Assembly: GCA_010093815.1 (NCBI GenBank) | Contig: ML996577.1 | Strand: one strand, 5' to 3' | Length of the DNA: 64,000 bases | Source of the DNA: Pseudovirgaria hyperparasitica | Lineage: Eukaryota | Shown here: piece by piece, positions 23,066 to 34,609 of the stretch | How the letters are laid out: every line of letters begins with the position of its first letter | Position numbering within the stretch: position 1 is the stretch's first letter | Notes under the pieces: model-generated | What the model was told of the DNA's origin: nothing | The model's database searches: none | What the model saw: the letters and a program-made list of their open reading frames with translations, nothing else | Made by a program: the position numbers and the translations under genes

Positions 23066-23934
23066 CTTGATGAAGGACCTAGCAATAGCAAGATGCGTGA
23101 CCAGGAGTGAATGACTGTATACTTATTCTCTGAGGATATGGACTTGAGTAGGCCACTGCAACCGACTTGGTCTTGCACAAGCCGCTACGCAGCATCATCC
23201 GTGGGTCAAGCTTGCCCTTGATGCAAGATCCTCGCTAAAGTCACCGCCCATGACACATATTTGATTGATGATGGGTTTGCATTGGTGTCACGGAAGTTTT
23301 CTGAAAGATCTCTGTCTAGGGTGTATCCTGATAGTGTGGAGGAGTTGCGGCGAACATCAGCAGGGTCAGAAGCGAGCCGGATTTTGGGTCGAACAATACC
23401 CAGGAGGCATAATAATTCATGATTTGGCAAAATTGACCGGGATAGATGCAGGCGTGTCGTTCAGTATATGTCGCATGGAATCGTGTGGAGAATCGAGGTC
23501 AGGTGAAGAGATGTTGACACTCTGTAGCTATCGGTACGTTTGTCGAACTTTGGATCACGGTAGTCCTATGGGCGGATAATTCTGTCACCTTGCAACTAAC
23601 AACCCCGCAGCATAACCATTTTCGATTTGGCATCTTCTCCATATATTGCAAGATATGTTTTGGCGCCTTACTCACTGGGCCAATCAGATTCACTTCGTCC
23701 GGCAGTCGGCCTCTAGTTTTGATGCATGTATACCGCCCTGACACAGAAAGACACGCTCCGCAGGCATGGAACCACCGGGGTGGCTTTCTGGTCTCCAAGT
23801 ATCTTTTGACATGGCTTGGAGGATGGCATTCAGCCGAGCATGGAGGTTTATATACTCGGCCTAGCCGTCAGCAACGTTGAATACATCGCTGTTACATCCA
23901 GCTCTACTTCAAGCACCAGGGAAAGGGACCGAGA
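23066..23934. promoter_or_regulatory. Bidirectional promoter of the GH3 and sugar porter genes, with candidate XlnR/Xyr1 and CreA sites
   Basis: CGGATAAT 23573-23580 (CGGNTAAW); minus-strand GGCTGA 23830-23835 and GGCTAG 23861-23866; minus-strand SYGGRG at 23603-23608. Confidence 0.5.
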
Positions 23935-25618
23935 ATGGGGAGACTTTTCAATATATCGCTTGCCGTGTTTGCGGCAACGGGGTCGTTTCTTTTTGGTTAT
24001 GACTCTGGTCAGTCTTGACAGTCTTATAGAAACACAAAAGACTTACTTTCGTTCAGGCGTGATGACGGATGTCATCCAGAGTCCGCACTTTCTACAGACT
24101 TTCAACACGGTCCCAACGTCTCCTATCATCGGTGCTATCAATTCCACATTCAGTGGTGGTGCCGTGTTTGGGTCTCTGATGGGAGGCTTCACCATGGACC
24201 GCTTCGGACGCAGAATGACCATCTTTGTGGCTGCATGGATTTGTCTCGTGGGCGCCGTACTTCAGTGTGCCGCACAGAACTTGGCCATGATACTGATTGG
24301 CCGCATATTAACTGGTGAGCCTGCTGTGAGAGTAAATAGATCCTGCGCTCACATGAAGAAGGCTGGGCGGTCGGTCTGATGTCCATGTCTGTCCCAATCT
24401 ATCAATCAGAATGTGCGCATCCACGCGTACGAGGCCTCATTGTCGGATTGACCCAGCAGATGATTGGGGTGGGATTCATCATCTCTACTTGGGTAAGCTA
24501 CCTATAAGTCCACCTTTTTACTATCCACTCACATCAAATAGGTCGGATTTGGCTCTGCACACGTTCCCGCGACAAGTGCTTTCTCCTGGCGCTTTCCGTT
24601 AGCCTTTCAGTGTGTCCCCTGTATTATCCTGATAATCGGTCTCTTTTTCTTTCCCGAGTCGCCCCGCTATCTAGTGCAAACCGATCGTGAGGATGAAGCG
24701 CTAAAGGTTCTGCGCAAGCTTCACTACGATGGCACAAACGATGACTGGATTGATGAAGAATTCCGCGAGATCAGACTGACTATCCAAGCGGAGAACACTG
24801 TGACAGAACCTGGTTGGTTGATCATGTTCCAAGTACCGACGTATAGACGCCGCCTTGCACTTGCTACCTTCATTCAAGTTTTCACCCAATTTACCGGCAT
24901 CAATGTCAGTCGAATCTGTTGCCTAGCCATAGAAGTGCACTGACGGAAGTCATAGGTCATTGGTTACTACCAAACAATCATGTATAAGAACCTTGGAATC
25001 GAAGGCAATCGAAATTTGTTGGTTACGGGCATATACAATTGTGTTGGTCCCGTCGCCAACTTGATCTTCATTATATTTATACTCGACCGCGTCGGAAGAA
25101 GAAAGCCACTTCTCTTTGGAACAATCGGTATAACGCTCGCCCTGATGTGCGAAGCTATCATCAACTCTCAGTTTGATAAAGCATCATCACCGGGTCAAGA
25201 ACACAATCTCGCGATAGCCGGAGTATTCTTCATCTTCTGTGTGTCGGTCATATTCAGCTGGTCCTTCGGGCCTTGTAGTTGGGTGTACATGTCCGAGATC
25301 ATGCCTTATCAAATTCGAGGTCGTGGCAGTGCTTTTGCAACAGGAATTGGGAACTGGCTTGTCTCAACGTTTTGGTCACAAGTATCTCCGATCGCGCTTG
25401 GAGCCATAACTTGGAAGTTCTACTTCATCTTCTGCGCTTTCAATGTTCTGATTACGTTTCCCAGCATCTGGTTCTTCTTTCCGGAGACAAAGCAATTATC
25501 GCTGGAGGAGATTGATCTCTTGTTTGGAGACCGTGCGCTGGGTACTCTTCCAGAGAATCTGGATGATGCCAAGGGAGCGTCTGAATCGGTTCGGCAGGTT
25601 GAGGATACCGAAGCGTAG
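23935..25618 (+). CDS. MFS sugar porter (candidate isoprimeverose/xyloglucan-oligosaccharide importer)
   Basis: MGRLFNISLAVFAATGSFLFGYDSG, MDRFGRR, VPIYQSECAHPRVRG, FPESPRYL, QFTGINVIGYY, DRVGRR, SEIMPYQIRGRG, PETK. Four introns at about 24008-24056, 24315-24361, 24494-24541, 24905-24954. Substrate inferred from gene context only. Confidence 0.9.
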
Positions 25619-25864
25619 GGGTGCTAAGTAAAGTTCATCCATCGATGTTCTCAATAATCAGAATGCTCATGAGTCTAACTTCTTGATTGGATGAAGAGGA
25701 TTTGTAACCTATACCATGAAAGTGAAGATCTGACCCACCGGAGGCCCTCAGCAGATATGAATCCATCAATCACATGCTTCAAGACATTCCCTGACAGATA
25801 TTCACTGTAGAGACAATATTATACCCCGCGCTGTCCACGGGTAGGTCGAGTCGTGCAGCATTAG

Positions 25865-25961
25865 CGGGTAATACTCATCCATGCAGCAGGAGCTATCCTT
25901 GTCACTACAATCGATCCGTCTTTGTGTTTGACCGCACAGGCAGTAGATGACTCCGGATAAA
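25865..25961 (+). promoter_or_regulatory. Two candidate XlnR-type CGGNTAAW sites upstream of the GH31 gene
   Basis: CGGGTAAT 25865-25872 and CGGATAAA 25954-25961, 150-250 bp upstream of the ATG; CreA-like GCGGGG on the minus strand at 25824-25829. Confidence 0.5.
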
Positions 25962-26114
25962 CTCGAATCGGCTATTTCACACAAACAACTGCTGAGGACT
26001 TCAACATTCTGGACATAGTGAGCTCGTGAACAAGAGAGTCATTCTCAGCTTACATCATAGCTTGCTCACTGTCCACTGCCTACTAATCAACATTCAGGAA
26101 GTGTTGAACTCACC

Positions 26115-28556
26115 ATGAAGTTCCGCGATGGTATGCTGCGATTGCTTCGTCCTAGAAGACGACGATGCATTCTGAATGAACACTGACCTGCCACAGGAAT
26201 GTGGCTCGTCGCCGCAGACAAGACCGTTCAGTATGCCGAAGATATCCATACCATCACGCCCTCACAAAACAATCGCTCCTTGTCACTGTTATGCCCAACT
26301 CGACACATTCGGTCACGTGGCGACACACTCAACTTAGCAACCATGAGTGTCGACATTACCGCCGAATTCGACGGTGTGATATCTGTCGAAGTCGCTCACT
26401 TCCGCGGCGCACGCAAAAAAGGGCCAGACTTCGAGCTGTACCCTGATGGTAGACCTGATGGTCCATCGGAGCTACTCAAGGACGACAAAGGCACAACATT
26501 GACCAGTGGACGCCTTGCTGTGACTGTTGGTCCCAACAAGGACACCTTCGATATCAAGTTCCACGAGTCTGGTAATCCTGGTCGAGACTTGACGAGTCTG
26601 CTTAGTCGAAGCGTGGGTTTTGCATACACTCCAGCGCTCACTTCACCGAAGCAAGTGGAAGATCTGGTGGGAGCTGGTATCAAACACTACATCTTCACAC
26701 AGACAGAGCTGGGAGTCGGCGAGAGTATTCATGGTCTTGGTGAGCGCTTCGGCGCTTGGAACAAAGTTGGTCAGAGTATCGAGGTCTGGAATGAGGACGG
26801 CGGCACCAGTTCGGAGCAAGCGTACAAGAATGTCAGCTTCTGGCTCAGTAACAGAGGCTATGGTGTGTTTATCGATACACCGGATAAGATCGAGCTAGAA
26901 ATTGGAAGCGAGCGGTCATGTCGCCTACAGACCTCTGTTGAAGGCCATCGCTTAAAATGGTATATAATCTACGGTCCAACGCCAAAGGAGGTCTTGACAA
27001 AGTACTCCATACTCACTGGGAAAGCTGGCAAGGTTCCCGCATGGAGTTTTGGCCTTTGGCTATCAACCAGCTTCACGACAAACTATGACGAGGCAACCGT
27101 CAGCCACTTTCTTGAGGAAATGCAATCTCGCCAGATCCCTGTCGAAGTCTTTCACTACGACTGCTTCTGGCTGAAAGAGTTCCACTGGTGTGACTTCGAA
27201 TTCGACATTGCCGCGTTCCCAGATCCAGCTGGATCGATCAAACGTCTCAAAAGTGCGGGATTGATGCGTAAAGTCTGTGTGTGGACGAATCCGTACCTGG
27301 GCCAAGCATCCCCCATATTTGCGTACGCTGCCGAAAAGGGGTATCTACTGAAGCGACCGAACGGCGACATCTTTCAGTGGGACTTGTGGCAGACAGGTAT
27401 GGGCATAGTCGATTTCACGAATCCAGCTGCCAAAGAGTGGTTTGTCGGGTGTTTGTCTAAGCTGTTCGATCTCGGCGTAGACTGCATCAAGACAGACTTT
27501 GGTGAGCGTATTCCCACACGCGATGTTGCATGGCATGACACGAGCGTCGATCCTTCCCGTATGCACAACTACTACTCTTTCATATACAACAAATGCGTTT
27601 ATGAAGCACTTCAGTCACGATACGGCGCAGATCAAGCTGTGCTCTTCGCACGCACGGCCTGTGCGGGAACGCAACGCTTCCCACTCGTAAGTCCATATTA
27701 CTCCGTTGTGTTATCCCATAACTCACGCCAACAGATCTGGGGTGGTGACTGCGAGTCCACACCTCCTGCCCTTGCCGAGTCTCTTCGTGGCGGTCTGTCC
27801 ATTGGTCTGTCATCTCACACATACTGGTCCTCAGACATCGGCGGTTTCGAGGGCTCCCCGCCACCCTGGATCTACAAACGTTGGGTCGCGTTTGGACTTG
27901 TCTGCTCGCATTCGCGTCTGCATGGCAGTAACAGCTACCGTGTACCTTGGCTGATCGACAACGATTCCAAAGAGAAGGAGAATTGTACTGAAGTTCTAAG
28001 GACGTGGGTTCAGCTGAAGAGACGTCTGATGCCATACCTCTTCGCGCAGGCACAGGAGAGCGCGGAGAAGGGATGGCCCTTGAGTGTTCGTGCAATGGCG
28101 CTAGAGTTCCCTGACGACCCGACCGCGTGGTTCTGTGACAGGCAATTCATGTTGGGGAGTCAGTTACTTGTCGCGCCCGTTTTCAATGAAGATGGGAGCG
28201 TGGAGTTCTACCTTCCTCCGGGACGCTGGACTAACTTCTGGTCTGGAGAGATCGTGGATACGCCTGGATGGAGGAAGGAGTCCCATGGTTTTTTGACATT
28301 GCCACTGTATGTGAGAGACGGCACCTTGTTGGTGCTAGGGAAAGAGCCTGCCGAAACTGATACGGAAGGGTTTGCGTATGACTGGTTGACTGACGCCGAG
28401 TTGAGACTTTACTCAACGAAGGAAGGTGATAAGGCGAGGCTGGTTGACAAGAGCGGCGTGGATGTGGGAATTCTTGAGGTGGGTGATGCTGGCACTGTAA
28501 AGGGAATGGACTTGTTGAAAGGCTCACCTAAGGTTGCTCACATCGTGAAGGAGTAG
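26115..28556 (+). CDS. Intracellular GH31 alpha-xylosidase (YicI/XylQ/AxyA type)
   Basis: MKFRDG|MWL N-terminus with no signal peptide (intron ~26131-26196). GLGERFG, NEDGGTSSEQAYKN, WSFGLWLSTSFTTNYDE, nucleophile KTDFGERIP, acid/base WGGDC, DIGGFEG, HSRLHG. In-frame 48-nt intron 27687-27734. Confidence 0.93.
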
Positions 28557-29376
28557 CATAGCTATGTAGCAGACTTGTCAGTGTAGGTCAGACTAAATCA
28601 TAGTTTCCAGAGGCGCCTAGTGCTCTCTCAAGTCCTGCAAAAAATCCAATTATATCTCAGAACTTGACTATCGACTGTGTTTTCAGGTAAGGGGTAGGAG
28701 GTGTCTTCTTGGGTAGCTAACGGAGGATCGTAAACGGATTGTCTGTCTGGCTTGTTCAAGGGGTCCAGAGTGTAGAGCATGCTGTTTTACACTGGTTCTC
28801 TTCGAGCCAGCGACATGGCGACATATCGTATCCCGATAGTGAGACAAAAAGGTTTCCGTCATTCCTATCATGCTTTCACACGACGAGTCGGCAATTGCAT
28901 CTACTCATACGTTTCTCCCTGCGACATGGACCGTTCAGCTCGATCATGCACAGCTAAGGAACTCAAAGTTCTGGTGACAAAACAAGAGCGTCCATACGCG
29001 TCACGATGGAGCCGGTGACATTTCACTAGCAGTAATGGTGACTTTGTACACTGACCCTCTCTTTAACTATCACAGAATCCATCAAAACCACACTTTTCCT
29101 AACTTATTTTGGCCCATGGCAGACATATGCACGATATGGCCACCACACCACCGATAGATACGCTACATTCTTCACCGAATTCATGCCACGATGCGAATCA
29201 GACCCCTATATATATACCGCCCGGAACTACCACATTCTCATCCTTCCCCACGAACAATCACATCCGACTACTCTGATCCAGTTATCCAGATCCAGCTAGT
29301 CAGACACAGCTACCAAGATCCAACAATTCACCAACGACACCCCCAAAACCCGCATTCTACCTCAACATCGAAAAAT

Positions 29377-29640
29377 ATGTGTCTCTTCAGCGTCCAACGC
29401 TACGCCTGCGGCCACGGCCGATGGACCAGAATCGGCGAGCGCTGCACGCATGCACCCTTACCTGCCCCACCCGTCGTCGACGACGATTCCTATGAGGAGA
29501 ACATGTGTCCGATCAAGCAGGTCGAGGAGGAGAGCAGCGATTTCGTGTGTGCGCTGTGTGAGAAGATGATTTGCTATGGGGAGCGGAGCGGATGGGATAG
29601 GGGCAGAGAGGGCAATGAGGGGTTCCAGCGGTGGTTGTGA
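29377..29640 (+). CDS. Small Cys/His-rich hypothetical protein, 87 aa (copy 1)
   Basis: MCLFSVQRYACGHGRWTRIGERCTHAP...MCP...CALC. TATA-like CTATATATATA at ~29207. Clear paralogue immediately downstream. Confidence 0.7.
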   Translation: MCLFSVQRYACGHGRWTRIGERCTHAPLPAPPVVDDDSYEENMCPIKQVEEESSDFVCALCEKMICYGERSGWDRGREGNEGFQRWL

Positions 29641-29908
29641 ATGAAAATTGGTGCGCCGGCCATGTAATGCGGTCTGGGGATATTGTAAAGGGTTTTTGAG
29701 GCGGCGTTGGTAATGAGTGTTCTTTCACGCATGCTTGATGCTTGCTACGTGCTCAGAGCAGGATGTAGCATTCGTGGAGGTAGCTAGCTACGCAGCAGGC
29801 AATCCTCTCTTGACATATTTACCTTTTTCACATCGAATTCCCTACTCCAAGGACACTTTTGCAAACATCCAGCTTTGGTTGAACGGAACGACGACACACA
29901 GGCCCAGA

Positions 29909-30151
29909 ATGTGCATGTATATCTATTGCCGCTACAGCTGCAACCACGGTAGATGGATCCTCACTGGCGAACGTTGCTACAAGGCCCCGGTGCCGTCACA
30001 GCCGGTGCTTGATCATTTGCTTTGCGACGATGATCTCTGTCCGGATCGCGAGGTCGTGGAGGAGATGGAGCTCTATTTTTGTGGGGTGTGCGATGGGTAT
30101 GAGCCGGCGTGGGACGGGCCGGTTAATGATGATGATGTTTTGAAGTGGTAG
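29909..30151 (+). CDS. Small Cys/His-rich hypothetical protein, 80 aa (copy 2)
   Basis: MCMYIYCRYSCNHGRWILTGERCYKAP...LCP...CGVC. Same Cys/His order as 29377..29640 with near-identical spacing. Confidence 0.7.
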   Translation: MCMYIYCRYSCNHGRWILTGERCYKAPVPSQPVLDHLLCDDDLCPDREVVEEMELYFCGVCDGYEPAWDGPVNDDDVLKW

Positions 30152-31949
30152 GGGGAGTCGGAATGGTGGGTGGACGGTTTCTGTTTAAGGTTCAGAAATG
30201 GCATGCTTGTTGCTGAATTCTGGTTGCTAGTTGGACGGAATGTTTTCTGTCTGAAATCAAGCTTCTTCTTATTCGGCTTCATGGGCCGCAAAGGCTTGAT
30301 TTTGTCATAGGCTAGCGTCTATGCATTAGATTCAATGATCTGGATCAGATTTGTCGTGTATTTGAAAGCATGTAAGTCTCTCGTGAAGCAGAGCACGTCA
30401 TGCTTGTCAATGCAGAGTGTCTGTGTCCTGTGAGATTGTGACGTGTCGTTGACAAGCTTTAACAGATAGTCAAGACTTCTCTATCAGGTCTTTGGTAGGC
30501 TTATAGCCATGATCGACCAAGAAAGAGCACAGGGAGTGTATGCTTGACATCTTGCTCATGCAGAATGCTTGGGAGCACGACACAACGAGCTGAAACCTAT
30601 ATGGAGGATGTGATGATACGAGGCTACTAGTATACGATGACTATGCATGCATGAACACAGTAGCATGCACTAAGAAGTGGATCGGTGTGGCTGCACAATA
30701 TACTGTACAGATGGGATGTGGCTGTGGCTGTGGCTGTGAACGTGGATCAAACCATCATGGTTGCCGGGCTGCCGTGGCGTGTTATCATACATTATACATC
30801 TGCAGAACGTCGGTAGTGGCTGTTGCAAGCAGGCTAGATCTCGAAAGCTGGCGTTGGCGGGCCGGGTTGTTGTCAAGTGTTAATGGAATAGCGAAGCGAG
30901 GGGATAGAGAGTCTGCGAGGGACTAGAGTCTGCGAGGGTCGAGATTCGGCATGAGGCGTTCTATCTCATCTTAAAAGCATATTTAGGGCCGCCAACGGGC
31001 CGAAGCCCAGCTAGCCCGAGAGGCACAATAGACGGCAAACAAGAGTAACCAGGTCATGATATTACCCTGACACTCAAGTACGAAGAGAGAATTCAGCAAC
31101 CTCGAAGAAATGTCATACATAGTCAGTACAACACGTGAAGATGATTACAGTGATTCGGCTGTTGTGAATGGGGAAGGGAGGTAAAAATAGCAAGCGAGGG
31201 AGGGGTCCATGAGCCTAAAGTAGACTAGCGCTGTGGGGTCAAGGGAAGGCTGAGCTGGGGGCCGAAGCTCCCGCATGGGAGTGCTGAGTCATCTTGGAAC
31301 CGTGGAACCGGGTCCGCGTCTATTTGGGCTTCTCCATCCAATCATCGTCGATGAAGAACGGCTTAGTAACAGTAGCGTGCACAAGATTGCACAACGTGGC
31401 CGGGGGAATGTTGCAGTTACTGCACAACTCAGGCGTCCAGCTCTCTGCATTAATATATCGTACCATCATCTTAGCTGCATCTCTTCCACCAACAACATTG
31501 GCTGGTCTCAGTGCACAAGCTCTGCTAAGCCTTTCACTCGATGCTGTCCATCACCGTTGTCGAGCCAAAACTTCCATAGTCCGCCAGTGAGAGCTGCTCT
31601 CGCCTGAACGCCCGGTGCTTCCCACGAGCATTGCTTGCTGCACCATGGCTGTGAGGGTCCATGGTCAATATCTTCCAGGCTTCAGCCTCGCTGGCTCGGG
31701 GGCCATTCTTTTGCTTCCAAGGCTACACCATATCTGCCAAAAAGACAGCCCCAAGCAATCTAGCTAGCACACCCTGCACCATGCCTTCTTGGGCTTCCCG
31801 CGTACGAGGTGCGGGGACCGTGCCGTTTCGTTAAGAACTGTCGTCTTTCCTCGACCATCACCTTCACGTATCCCTCACTTCACACCCGACTCTCGACTCT
31901 CGCTCGTTGTGATCCACGTGCGGTAGGAGATACCGCCATATCTCTCACG

Positions 31950-34170
31950 ATGCCCACAAAACTCCCACATTTCAACTGGTATTTTACCCTTCAGCCTTGC
32001 GGCTGGTCACATACGTGTAGCTACTAACACGCGTTTAGGGACTCACACAAGTTGAAGAAGCGGAGATACCTCATCCTACCGTGGATTCAAGATCCCACCT
32101 CCGGCGCCATACAGGAGACAAAGAATGGCCGCGCAACTCTGGTATTCGCCCAGCGCCATGAAGCAAATACTACGGAACTCTTCTTTGACCTGTTCTTCGT
32201 CGCAAACTTGGCGCTCTTCACTCAATACCATTCAATCACCGATCACAAAGGTTTCTTGACCTATATCGGTATGCCTAGTCCGTTTTCTATCGACTGCCAA
32301 CATGCTAATTAGTTTACCAACAGAATTCTTTGGTCTCATCTGGGGAACATGGTTCTCCATAACTCTCTTCGACGTCCGCTTCGGTCTCGACTCTGTATTC
32401 GAGCGTGCCTGCAAGTTCGTACAGTATGCCGTTTTTGTAGTCTTCGCCTTGGTCGGATCCGAATTCGAACCAGGCAGCAGGTCTTATCTTCCCAAAGACA
32501 ACGTCAACTTCCGCATCCTCAGTTGGGCCTTGTGTGCCAGTCGCGCGCTGCTCATGATCCAGTACCTGGTTGTGCTCTACTTCGTCATGAAGCGTCGCTA
32601 TCGAAGGCTGTATTTCCCTCTAGCTCTCAACGCTTTCTGGTACCTTGTCACCGCCACCGTGTTCGGCGCAATGAGCGCTGCCTTTCCCAACACTGGAAAT
32701 CATCATCCTCACATCTACTTGATGTGGTACGCTGCCATATTCCTCGAAATTGTCTGCGTCCTCTCTGTCTCGACCATTTGGCGCACCTTGAGTTTCAAGC
32801 TTACTCACTTGGCTGAACGTATGAGTCTATTGACATTGATCATCATGGGTGAAGGTATCATTGGAATCACGAAGACGGTTTCGATTATCCTCGCCAAGGG
32901 GCCGGTTTTCTCATACTTCGGCCTGGTCTTGTGCATTCTATTCATCATCTTCTGGCTCTACTTCATCTACTTCGACAACACTCCTCGTGGCCACTTTGGA
33001 ACCATCCGTCAACAAGTATGGGCATTCCTCCATTTCCCATTCCACTTGTCCGTCGTTGGTATCGTTGAAGGCGCCCAGCAAATTGTTCGCGCACGTTACG
33101 TGATTGACGGCGACAAGAAATTTAACAAATCTGCTATGCAATACTGCGTCAAAGAGAATCTCGATGGTATAAAATTGCAGAACAAGCTTGCCGAACTGAT
33201 AAGATACTACGACTTTCCCTCCAAGGCTCAGTCCAACCAATTTTTGCCTGACATATACGAAAGCTTGTATGCTGTTGGTAACCACACCGACATCTGTAGT
33301 CCAGAAAACTCCGAAGGCTACGTCAATGCTAATGGCGAGATGATTGCCTATCCCGATGAACTCTGGTATCTCTGGGAGAAGACGATTTCCGCAGTGTACG
33401 CCGGCACTGTGACAGACAAACAAGTCCCCGACTTCGACGACGCCTTGACTTCCTCCATCAGCGCATGGGAGACGGCTTACAGCTACTTCTGGGGCGCCCT
33501 CGGACTCCTGGCCTTTACAACAATCCTAATGTTCTTCATGTGCCGCCGTTCGAAGCGAGACATCTACACCTACTTCGGCATTGGCGTGCGCGTGTTCGTC
33601 CTCGTCATGGCCGCCTTCCTGGGCGGCTACGCCGCCGCAAACGACGACTTCTTCACCAGCTTCATGTACTCCTCCGCCGTCGTGCCCACCGCCATGGCCT
33701 GCCTCTTCCTCATCGTCTTCGTCGACTCCATCGGCCGCGGCCTGTCCAACTACGCCCTTAGAAACACCCACAAGGACATCATCGACGACGAGGCCGAGGC
33801 CATGGAGCACGACCACCTGCACGGCCACCACCACGACCACGACGGCTCAGACGACGAGATCGAGCTCAAGCCCCAGGCCCACACCCCCGGCCTCCAACAA
33901 CAACACGAACACTGGTACGGTGGTGTCGCGTCGCCGCCTCTGCCCGGCCCGGCACCGTTGGGCTACAGTGCGGTGCAGAACCCGGGCACGCCTGGCACGC
34001 CGGCCTTTCACCAGGAGCATACCGCTTACGGCGGTGCATACAGCCACGAGAGAACACAGAGCGATACCATAGACCCCGCGTACGGCCACGCGAGGCACCC
34101 AAGCGACGCATACGATAACCCGGACTTTAGACGCACGAGTGGATTTGGCGGCGGGCCAGCGATGGCCTGA
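31950..34170 (+). CDS. LtrA (low temperature requirement A)-like multi-pass membrane protein
   Basis: ELFFDLFFVANL, HLAERMSLLTLIIMGEGII, WAFLHFPFHL motifs; many TM segments; introns ~31979-32038 and ~32269-32323. Confidence 0.82.
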
Positions 34171-34609
34171 TCTGAGAGGCAGCTCCGACATGACGAATAC
34201 TACGAATCTCTCTTCATTCAAGCCAAGAGAAAAACCATGAATGTGTCTTTTTTCTTTTCCTCCAAAACATCTCATATATACCCCTCAACGATGACGTGTG
34301 TGGTCTACCTACCTACTGTCCATATAACTTCGGGGGCATTCTTTTTTTGATAGCGAGCGGATGCATTTGGATCAGGCGCGTTGGGTATTGCATTATTATA
34401 TGTTTTCAGATGCATTACTGGAAGAGTTTATGCGTCGGAGCGACGCTTCTATAATGATATATTATCACTACGATATATTGTATGGACTTATGAATGAATT
34501 CGAAGTGCTTTCTAATTTGCATGCATGTGAGTCCCGACCATCTCTTGGGCCTTGCGATCCACTATAGAGGAGAGACCCGAGTGGCTTGCTGCTCTACTCC
34601 ACGATGCCA

